Below are positions 8,914-16,817 of a stretch of DNA of 32,000 nt, one piece after another. Within the stretch, counting starts at the first letter, position 1. Each line of letters starts with the position of its first letter. Both the position numbers and the translations under genes were made by a program. Origin of the DNA: Candidatus Heimdallarchaeota archaeon (GTDB lineage: Archaea; Asgardarchaeota; Heimdallarchaeia; JABLTI01); the NCBI GenBank assembly GCA_030614005.1, contig JAUWKS010000030.1:1-32000 (forward strand), in the 5' to 3' direction. A model generated the notes under the pieces. It saw only the letters and a program-made list of their open reading frames with translations, did no database searches and was not told the DNA's origin.

Positions 8914-9296
8914 ATGAATTCAATATTAATAGTTGGTATAGGTGGCTTTGTGGGAGCGATTCTACGATATCTCCTAAGCACTTGTATGCAAAATGGTGGA
9001 GAAACGTTTCCTTATAGACGTTAGCGGTAAATGTTATTGGAAGTTTCCTTTTAAGTTTGGTAATGTTTACTTCGGAGTATACAGGCATTTTCCCGGATGA
9101 TACAAGATTGTTTCTTACAGTAGGACTGCTTGGAGCGTTTACTACTATGTCTACTTTTAGCTATGAAACATTCAAATTTTTTGAAATGGGCGAGATGATC
9201 ATGCTAACCAAATATGTTGTTGGAACAATTGTTTTTACACTCTTAGCAGTTTACCTGAGTAAAATAATTGTTGTAACAATGATGGGAACAAAATAA
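8914..9296 (+). pseudogene. crcB: Fluoride channel FluC/CrcB with a 1-nt deletion frameshift
   Basis: ATG 8914 gives MNSILIVGIGGFVGAILRYLLS...FPY, then TAG at 9022. The -1 frame continues TLAVNVIGSFLL...GLLGAFTTMSTFSYE to 9296. One extra base near 9016-9017 restores a 127-aa Fluc. Confidence 0.9.
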
Positions 9297-9313
9297 GTAG
9301 AAAGAGGAAGTAA

Positions 9314-9505
9314 ATGACTACTATTACATTTACTTACAAATTTGTGGCTTAAGATAATTCACAGATAATTGACTTGCGAACGATTCAATATCTACTGAAT
9401 AACAATCAAGATTTGATTATAGATCATGTAATTGAGCGAACGTTTTCTCATCTAACTGATGAGAATTACAACGAATTTGGAGTAGGATTACAAAAAGATT
9501 ATTAG
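9314..9505 (+). pseudogene. Possible decayed small ORF with an internal TAA
   Basis: RBS-like AGAGG, ATG 9314, 12 codons, TAA at 9350-9352, then 50 open codons in the same frame to TAG 9503-9505. Confidence 0.25.
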
Positions 9506-9588
9506 AAAAAAAATTAGTTTTAACATTTTAAAAGAAGGGATTAGTCTACGTATAACTAAAATATTCAATTGACTCTATAATTATAAGG

Positions 9589-11610
9589 ATGGATTTATTA
9601 TTGTATCAAATAAGAAGAAATTGTATCTTGTTATTATCAGTTTTATGTCTAATCCTTCAATTCCAGCTTACTGTTGTCGGAATTAATTCACAACTACCTG
9701 CAGTTGAGATTCAATGGACGTATCAGACAAATAACCCAATTTTTTCATCTCCAGTAGTGGCTGATTTGACTAATGATGGAAAGTTGGAAATACTGTTTAG
9801 TTCAATGGGAAATACATTTACTCTTGATTCAAATGGAAAATTGATTTGGAATAACACAGACATAAAGTTTGCCTATTCAGCAGGTGCCATTGCGAACCCT
9901 GCAATAGTAGATATAGACGGAAGTAATACTTTAGAAATAGTTGTTGATTCGTATAGTTATGGGGTTTATTGTATAAATCGCTTCGGAGAGGTAATGTGGT
10001 TTTATGAAGAGGATGCTATAGTAACCTCACCGGTGATAGCTGATTTAGATAATAATGGGGATATGGAGATCATTTTTGCCACACAACAGAGAATACTCTG
10101 CTTGAATTCTTCCGGACTTGTGAAATGGAACTATACCGTTGAAGTAGCATATTCATTTGGCACTCAATTTGCCTTGGCTGACCTTGATGATTCAGGCGAT
10201 GTTGAAATATTAATCAATACTCAAAGTAGTGAGCTTTTATGTTTGAATACAGATGGTACAAAAGCTTGGTCTTCAAATTATTCAGGTATGCCAATAACAG
10301 CGGATTTAGATGGAGATAACTCAAAAGAGATAATCCTTTCTTCATACGACCAAGTAACATGTCTAAACAGTACTGGTGGATTTCTATGGGAATACATAGG
10401 AGGAAGTGGTTTCACTGTTATTAGCGTTGCAAACATCATTGAAGATGAAAAACTTGAAGTGATAGTTTGCAGTGGGGCCGGAAAAAGTGTGATATGCTTA
10501 AATTCTCTGGGACAATGGGAGTGGACGTATTTTGCTGATGAAACACCAACTTCACTTTGCATTGCAGACCTTACTGGGGATGGAAACTTGGAAATAATCA
10601 TTGGCACAGAGTATGGTGGCCTATTTTGTTTGAGTGCAAATAAAGCATTGCTCTGGGAAATCAGCGTCTCGGATGAGTTCTGGGCAGTAACATATCCTTG
10701 TATTATAGATTTAAATGGTGATGGAATACATGAAATCGTTTTTGCTCATTTTAAAACAGTGTATTGTCTAAAGGTTACTGGTATAAGTAAATCAGGTGTA
10801 GCACCGTGGTATTGTAAAGGAGGAACGGTATTTAGAACTGGCACATTGGATTCTGATGGTGATTACATAGATGACCTCTCAGAAGAGACTTGGCTCCAAA
10901 CAGATAGGCTTGTAGCTGATTCGGATTTCGATTATCTCACAGATGGAGAGGAGTTCCTCTATTACCATACTGATCCAACAAATCCTGACACAGACGGAGA
11001 TGGTTTTCTCGATGGGGAAGAAATTGCATCGGGAACCGACCCTTTAAACCCAGATGATAATCCTGCAATAAGACGAAGATTACTAATCAAAAAAGTCTTG
11101 ATTATTGTTATTCCAATAATGGCCATTTTGTCTTTTCTATTGATAGTTTCTAAAATTTCTTATGTGCTCAAACATCCGAAGAGTATTTTGAGTAGAACCA
11201 TTGCTCAATTGAAGAATTCAGATAATGAATTCGTTCCTCTTAAAGAGCTCATTAACAAAACAAACCTCACTCGAGATAAAATATTGAAGCAATTAAAGAA
11301 AAATAGTTTCTGTGAAAACAATAATATTATCTTTTTTTCAAATTGTCTCTATTTTAAGGAAAAAATTGATCTTAAAGCGATGATTACAAATTTGGAGAAA
11401 GCTAGTGTAGAAATTCAAGGAAAGGAAATAATAAATAACGATACAATACTTTTGCTTTCTGAAGGAAAAGAGCAATTAGAAAAAGTTAAGTTCTTTGCTG
11501 AAGAACTGAAAAATCAAGAAATCATCAATAAGTGTCATAAAATATCCCATGACTTGACAGATGTCATGAATAAAATAGATTTTGACATTTTAGCAAGAGT
11601 AAATGGATGA
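9589..11610 (+). CDS. Cell-surface FG-GAP/VCBS beta-propeller protein with Ca-binding TSP3-like repeats, one TM helix and a cytoplasmic domain
   Basis: N-terminal hydrophobic signal, eight (A/I)D(L/I)xxDGxxE(I/V)-type repeats, three DxDxD...DGEE-type repeats, the hydrophobic segment VLIIVIPIMAILSFLLIV, then a charged C-terminal region. Confidence 0.85.
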   Translation: MDLLLYQIRRNCILLLSVLCLILQFQLTVVGINSQLPAVEIQWTYQTNNPIFSSPVVADLTNDGKLEILFSSMGNTFTLDSNGKLIWNNTDIKFAYSAGAIANPAIVDIDGSNTLEIVVDSYSYGVYCINRFGEVMWFYEEDAIVTSPVIADLDNNGDMEIIFATQQRILCLNSSGLVKWNYTVEVAYSFGTQFALADLDDSGDVEILINTQSSELLCLNTDGTKAWSSNYSGMPITADLDGDNSKEIILSSYDQVTCLNSTGGFLWEYIGGSGFTVISVANIIEDEKLEVIVCSGAGKSVICLNSLGQWEWTYFADETPTSLCIADLTGDGNLEIIIGTEYGGLFCLSANKALLWEISVSDEFWAVTYPCIIDLNGDGIHEIVFAHFKTVYCLKVTGISKSGVAPWYCKGGTVFRTGTLDSDGDYIDDLSEETWLQTDRLVADSDFDYLTDGEEFLYYHTDPTNPDTDGDGFLDGEEIASGTDPLNPDDNPAIRRRLLIKKVLIIVIPIMAILSFLLIVSKISYVLKHPKSILSRTIAQLKNSDNEFVPLKELINKTNLTRDKILKQLKKNSFCENNNIIFFSNCLYFKEKIDLKAMITNLEKASVEIQGKEIINNDTILLLSEGKEQLEKVKFFAEELKNQEIINKCHKISHDLTDVMNKIDFDILARVNG

Positions 11611-11656
11611 GTCTTTTAACGAACAATGCGAAGAGAGCAATTGGAGTTATTTTTTT

Positions 11657-11772
11657 AAAAAGGAAGAGAGAAAGGAAGGAATCGAGGAGAAAAAGAGTTA
11701 GCAACACAAGGGAGAAGAAAGGAGAAGAGAAAGGGATACTGATGAGAAGAGGAAAAGAGAAAAGGAAGAAAA
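11657..11772 (-). terminator. Long polypyrimidine trailer 3' of tRNA-Ser (terminator-like)
   Basis: About 115 nt that are almost all A/G on + and T/C on -, directly downstream of the minus-strand tRNA and facing the convergent gene. Confidence 0.45.
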
Positions 11773-11777
11773 TGGCA

Positions 11778-11861
11778 TACCGGGGACGGGATTTGAACCC
11801 GCGAGTGCGGAGGCACAATGGATTAGCAATCCATCTCCCTACCAGGCTAGGAAACCCCGGT
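11778..11861 (-). tRNA. tRNA-Ser(GCT), long variable arm, CCA not encoded
   Basis: Acceptor stem ACCGGGG/CCCCGGT. Anticodon arm ATGGA-TT GCT AA-TCCAT. Variable stem GTGC-CTCC-GCAC. T arm GCGGG-TTCAAAT-CCCGT. Confidence 0.95.
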
Positions 11862-11986
11862 GAAAAGTCAGAGATTATTTTTGTTTTTTCGATAATTTGT
11901 TCATAAAGATTATGGTTAAATTGTGATTAATGTTTTTATAAGTTTTTTGAAATCAATTTAATAGTTATAGTAGACTATTTTTCTAT

Positions 11987-12694
11987 ATGAACACTAAAGA
12001 TGATTTTGCCATTCCTGAAGAGTATACGGATCTTCTTACTTCAGTGAGGGAGAAACAAATAGAGCTTGCATTGGGCATTTCCCTTGATAATAGAATCAGT
12101 TTCGGGGATATTCGAGTAATTGCTGGATTAGATGTTGCCTTCTCTGAGAAAAATGATTTGGCTTGTGCTGGCATTGTTATCATCGATTCTCGTTCTTTTG
12201 AAGTATTGGATGAACAAGTAGCATTCTTTGAACCGCGAATTCCTTATATCCCTACTTTTCTCCATTATCGAGAATCCCCTGGGTATCATAAGATTATAAC
12301 GCAAATAAGTGAAAAACCTGATGTATTAATCTTTGATGGCAACGGTATTATTCACCCTTTTGAGTTTGGCATTGCAAGTCAGATGGGATTAGAATTTGAT
12401 ATCCCAAGTTTTGGCATTGCTAAAAAGTTACTTCTTGGTGAGTATGATAATCGTTTAAATCGTGGTGGTTTTTCAGATATCCTACACAATGAAAAAACCC
12501 TTGGCATTGCTTTTCAGAGCCTTGCTCCACCTGCAAAACCTATTTTTGCCTCCCCTGGTCATTTAATTGATATGAGAACGATAACCAATATCCTTCGTGA
12601 TTTTAATTTACAGCAGAAATTCCCTTCTAAATTACCTTTGCCTCTTGCTTTAGCAGATAAACTAGTGAGAGAGAAATTAGCGATTGGTACGTGA
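11987..12694 (+). CDS. nfi: Endonuclease V
   Basis: IAGLDVAF, PYIPTFLHYRE, IFDGNGIIHP, GIASQMG, GIAKK and PIFASPGH motifs. Confidence 0.93.
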   Translation: MNTKDDFAIPEEYTDLLTSVREKQIELALGISLDNRISFGDIRVIAGLDVAFSEKNDLACAGIVIIDSRSFEVLDEQVAFFEPRIPYIPTFLHYRESPGYHKIITQISEKPDVLIFDGNGIIHPFEFGIASQMGLEFDIPSFGIAKKLLLGEYDNRLNRGGFSDILHNEKTLGIAFQSLAPPAKPIFASPGHLIDMRTITNILRDFNLQQKFPSKLPLPLALADKLVREKLAIGT

Positions 12695-12819
12695 TTTTCT
12701 TATATGTTGTAAGTTAATTGGCGTATACCTAACGTACAAGTTATTAAACTTAAAGAAAGATATAAAATGAAAATAAGATTTCGCTTAGTAAAAATAAAGC
12801 GAAACTCTATTTTAATTGA

Positions 12820-13935
12820 TTATTTTTTTATTGATGCTTGAGCAATTTTTTGGAAACCCATTGCATTAGCCATTACTGGATCTTCTGGAACGATAACCTC
12901 GTCTGGTGTGTGTACGATATTATGTTCTGTAAGAATGGTTTTCATGTTTTTACCAAAAACTTCAGCGCCACCACCAGTTAGAATTACTTTTTCTATCCAT
13001 GCATCGGGTGGTAAAGTGCCCAGAAGAGTTGAAACCTCATCTACAATGATATCAGCGATTGTATTTACATAATAATCAGTTGTTTCAGAGATATCGTATT
13101 GTTCTCCTGCTATCATAACGTTTTTGCGACCAATTTCTATTGCTTTTATCAATTCGAATGGTCGTAGAATTTTTCCTGTTTGCTTATTGAGATTGTCGGC
13201 TATTCTCCCTGCAAGAGTTGTTATCGATTCGTGGACACTTCCACTGGCTGTTCTCATTAATCTTCCTTCATACACTGTAAGAATATTTGTTGCGCCTGCA
13301 CCTATATCAATAACTATAGCATCCACAGCTCTATCTTCCCCTGATGTCTTCAAGATTTCATAATAAGAACCATAACAGACTGGCATAACTAAACATTGGT
13401 CAATCTTTAGTTTGATTTGTTTTTCTTCACCAGAAGCATCATTAGCGACATTAATTGTCATGGCGCCTTTCATACCAGAGCTAAGTGTTGTCATTTCTTC
13501 TTGAGAACTTGCGACAGGTACACCGGTTGCAATCACAAAGTTAGCATAATCTTTTTCCACAAAATTCGATAAAGCCGCTTGCATTGCTATTATTGCATCC
13601 TTCAAGCTTTTCATTTTTCCATCTGCAGCCAGCGGTCGCTTGATTTCACTTTGAAGTCTAGCTAGTTCACCGACAAAGAATTTCTTTCCTGCATCTGTTG
13701 TTAGAACAAGATTATTTATCCACGATTTGTCAGTTCCTAATCCTTTCCATCCTGGGTTTGGATCGCCTACAAGGCTAGGAATTTTTATTTCCTTTTTTCC
13801 ATCGGGACCAACCAGTTTTATTAAACTAGTTCCTAGATCAATGCCAATTGCCATCGGATTGCCTGTATCTTTAGCTTTCGATTTAGATTTATCTTTTGAT
13901 TTAGCTTTAGCTTTTTGTTTAGATTTTTTAGACAA
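12820..13935 (-). CDS. Actin-like protein of the ParM/StbA (Ta0583-like) type
   Basis: Phosphate-1 IGIDLGTSLIK, phosphate-2 VIDIGAGATN, adenosine motif VILTGGGA, connect-2 MANAMGF. AGGGTGA RBS precedes TTG 13935. The longer ORF-track start overlaps the upstream gene. Confidence 0.88.
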   Translation of the reverse strand: MSKKSKQKAKAKSKDKSKSKAKDTGNPMAIGIDLGTSLIKLVGPDGKKEIKIPSLVGDPNPGWKGLGTDKSWINNLVLTTDAGKKFFVGELARLQSEIKRPLAADGKMKSLKDAIIAMQAALSNFVEKDYANFVIATGVPVASSQEEMTTLSSGMKGAMTINVANDASGEEKQIKLKIDQCLVMPVCYGSYYEILKTSGEDRAVDAIVIDIGAGATNILTVYEGRLMRTASGSVHESITTLAGRIADNLNKQTGKILRPFELIKAIEIGRKNVMIAGEQYDISETTDYYVNTIADIIVDEVSTLLGTLPPDAWIEKVILTGGGAEVFGKNMKTILTEHNIVHTPDEVIVPEDPVMANAMGFQKIAQASIKK

Positions 13936-14026
13936 AATTTTCACCCTAGTTTTTAGAAGGAATAATTTCCTTATATAGGTATAAAAAAAGCATTTTAAAT
14001 ACTTTCTAGTCTGGACATGAGAGAGT

Positions 14027-15376
14027 TTATTCCAGTTGCGGACTAGCTCCCGCATGTATATCAGCATCTGTTTTGTTCTCTTCTTGTGTATCTTCCTTGA
14101 TTGTGTGGATAACTTTACCCGCATTAGCTCTTTCGCCTATTTTTTTAGCTGCTCTTCTTTGTATTGCTTGAACAATTAATCCCATCACCATAAAGAAAAT
14201 AGCTAATGGAATTAAAACTAGCATTATCATTTCAGGTTGCCCTGCTTCGACGCTGTTTATTATTGAATCTGGAAGATTAAGAACTCTCAGTACTGGTACG
14301 GGATTTAATGCTAAATAAGACATAAAAAGCAAAGTAACCATTCTGAACAGTGTTCCAGATAGTACTATCAAGAATAATCTCATTAATGAAGGTGTATAAG
14401 CAGATGCCGAGAGAGAGACCGAGATGAATGGATCATTTTCCTCTAATCTCAAATAATAATTCTTCAGTCGATTGTTCATTTTATCCCAATCTTCTAATGG
14501 TGAAATCCTAAAGAGTTTCTGACCAACTAAAGCTCTTATTTGTGAGAATGCAGTAGTTACTTTCAATAATGATGTTGATGTTTTCTTTCCTTTAACCATT
14601 ATTGATTCTTCTTCTTCTATTTGCTTCTTCTCTCCAATTGGCATCTTAAAATCCTTAAGTCGTTTAATGTTGCTTGATATTCTACGATGTCTTTGAACAT
14701 TTGGTCCAATAACGTTATAGATATAGCTAGCCTGGAAGCTTAACTCAAGTGAGAAATAAATAAGAAATGCAGTAATAACCATTTTTGAGAAAATCATTTG
14801 GAAAAAGTTTCCACTTGAAAAGTCAAGATTTAGTAATAATTTTCCATTCATAGCTGCAATGCCTAATACTATATTCATCGAGAAAAAGGATATTGCTGAT
14901 AGTGCTGGATTGCATTCCTTCAAAAATCCCACTCCAGACACAAATGCAATAATGATTGCTATCATAATAGTAAATGCAAATGCTGCATCTATGAGGCTTT
15001 GTTGTTGCGGAAGCTGTAATGGTTGAGTAACCAATTCTTCGATTGGAATACCTAATACAGTTTCATTTCCGCCGAAAATTGCAACATGAATTGCACTCAT
15101 AATTGCTACTGCCCCTGTATCACCATACCCTAGAATTAGGGCAATTCCATACCCTACAAGCAGGAACAATAGTTCGAATAGAAAGATAAACATCTTCAAC
15201 CCATACCAAAATGATTGGAATCGCCAAATGGTAGGATCAACTGAAGTCATTACCAAAACAAAAGCAGCCACTGACACTAGCCCTGCAAATATTCTTGCTG
15301 AACCTAACAATGTTCTCATTTTTCGTACTCGTTCATTTTCTACTCGTAAGCTTATAGATTGTTCAGACAAGTCCAA
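14027..15376 (-). CDS. Polytopic membrane protein of the MoxR/DUF58 cluster
   Basis: Many hydrophobic segments and a charged central loop. The start overlaps the DUF58 stop and follows AGGAGG (TTG 15376 or 15370). Confidence 0.8.
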   Translation of the reverse strand: MDLSEQSISLRVENERVRKMRTLLGSARIFAGLVSVAAFVLVMTSVDPTIWRFQSFWYGLKMFIFLFELLFLLVGYGIALILGYGDTGAVAIMSAIHVAIFGGNETVLGIPIEELVTQPLQLPQQQSLIDAAFAFTIMIAIIIAFVSGVGFLKECNPALSAISFFSMNIVLGIAAMNGKLLLNLDFSSGNFFQMIFSKMVITAFLIYFSLELSFQASYIYNVIGPNVQRHRRISSNIKRLKDFKMPIGEKKQIEEEESIMVKGKKTSTSLLKVTTAFSQIRALVGQKLFRISPLEDWDKMNNRLKNYYLRLEENDPFISVSLSASAYTPSLMRLFLIVLSGTLFRMVTLLFMSYLALNPVPVLRVLNLPDSIINSVEAGQPEMIMLVLIPLAIFFMVMGLIVQAIQRRAAKKIGERANAGKVIHTIKEDTQEENKTDADIHAGASPQLE

Positions 15377-16766
15377 TGCCCCTCCTTTTTGCGTCAATAT
15401 ATTCGTTGATAACTGTAACTAAGAAATCATCTGGGCCCACAGAGATCACCCCAGCACGATATCTTTGTATATCTTTCCCAAGCCTTCTACGTATTTCATA
15501 ATACTCTTCAGCGATAGCTTCTCCTAATGCTCTTTCAGTAGGTCCGAGTCGAGTATTTTGTATTTCGAAGAATGGACCAAAAGGTGAAATAACTATTACA
15601 TCGAAACCCACTGCAGATGCTTTTCGAATTCCACTAAGAATATCTTTTACGCTACCTTCAAGGTCAGAAATAATAATTAGCAATCCTCTACTTCTTGTTC
15701 TCATAATCAAATTTTGTACAGCATTTGTGAGATTTGAAGGACCTCTTGGTGTGACATATGCAAGGTCTTCTAAAATTCTATTTAAATGTGATGAACCTTG
15801 TTTAGGAGCTATAAACGTATTTACTTTACTATCATAGGTTGCAATTCCTATCAAATCTTTTCTTTCAGAAGCCATATGTGCTAATAATACTACGGCTCGA
15901 ATGCTAAACTCTAGTTTCGTGTTTCGAATTAAGCCTTGTTCCATACTTTGTGATGTATCTAGTAAAACCATTACTCGAACATTTTTTTCTGTTTCAAATT
16001 CCCTAATTTGTAATTTATTTGTTCTACTGAAAGCTTTCCAATCAATATGTCTGAAAGCATCTTCTGGATAATAATCTCGAATGCCCCAGAAATCCATTCC
16101 TGTTCCTTTTAATTTTGTTTTATGGATACCAAAGATTTTCCCTAATTGCCTCTTTGCACCTAATGTTTTCAATTTAGCAATATCTTCATATGATGGATAG
16201 ACTAAGACTTCATCATAATCTTGTTTGACTACCGCTTCTTCATAAAAACCAAGGCGGTCATGTATAATCACTTTTGTTGGACCTATTTTATATAGTCCTC
16301 GAACTGGAGTTCTCACAATATATGAAAAGTCTACTTTTGCGCCGGCATTCAATCTAGTATAAAGGTAATTTTCTCCAAGAACCAAATCCATTGCCTCGGG
16401 GTATGCGTCATATATTTCTAAATGATCTATGGCATTTGGTGCACCATTTTTTACCGTTATTTTTACGTGAATGTAGTCTCCTGCAAAGCATTTTCGTTTT
16501 TCGAGTACTCTATGTACTTGTATTCCTTCGGTGTTTGCTTGGATTCTGAAAATCGGATATCCAAATGTTGTGCCGATAACCATTAAAATTCCAATTAATA
16601 GAAAATAGGTGACAATGACATCTGGAATAGGATAGATTACTTGTTGTAATGTGAAATAGGCTATGATATCAAATATAGGACTTATGCCTTCAAAGGCTAG
16701 TCCTACTGAAATCATAAACATACCTCCGAAAAGGATAAACGATCCTCGTTTGGAAATCATTTTCAA
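15363..16766 (-). CDS. DUF58 domain protein (membrane-anchored, Ig-like plus VWA domain)
   Basis: Two N-terminal TM helices, RGLYKIGP...DRLGF, VLVYP, F.GIRDY.PED..R.IDWKA, and a VWA MIDAS motif LLDTSQSM...IISD. Confidence 0.92.
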   Translation of the reverse strand: MKMISKRGSFILFGGMFMISVGLAFEGISPIFDIIAYFTLQQVIYPIPDVIVTYFLLIGILMVIGTTFGYPIFRIQANTEGIQVHRVLEKRKCFAGDYIHVKITVKNGAPNAIDHLEIYDAYPEAMDLVLGENYLYTRLNAGAKVDFSYIVRTPVRGLYKIGPTKVIIHDRLGFYEEAVVKQDYDEVLVYPSYEDIAKLKTLGAKRQLGKIFGIHKTKLKGTGMDFWGIRDYYPEDAFRHIDWKAFSRTNKLQIREFETEKNVRVMVLLDTSQSMEQGLIRNTKLEFSIRAVVLLAHMASERKDLIGIATYDSKVNTFIAPKQGSSHLNRILEDLAYVTPRGPSNLTNAVQNLIMRTRSRGLLIIISDLEGSVKDILSGIRKASAVGFDVIVISPFGPFFEIQNTRLGPTERALGEAIAEEYYEIRRRLGKDIQRYRAGVISVGPDDFLVTVINEYIDAKRRGIGLV

Positions 16767-16817
16767 CAGTCCTAAGTATCTATTCTTGAAGCTACTCTTT
16801 GTTTTTCGTAGATTGAA

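Noticed and set aside
9000-9030. Programmed ribosomal frameshift in crcB
   Set aside because: There is no slippery heptamer or downstream stimulator. A simple deletion or an error explains it.
9740-11060. CRISPR array or DNA tandem repeat suggested by periodic motifs
   Set aside because: The periodicity is at protein level (FG-GAP and TSP3-like repeats) with divergent nucleotides. I saw no repeat-spacer array anywhere in the window.
11607-11906. 99-aa K/R/E-rich ORF on +, and 11564..11818 on -
   Set aside because: These are translations of the purine tract and the tRNA-Ser sequence, not plausible proteins.
13936-14124. N-terminal extension of the actin ORF as given in the ORF track
   Set aside because: It overlaps the upstream gene's 3' end and the intergenic T-run/TATA region. 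The RBS supports TTG 13935.
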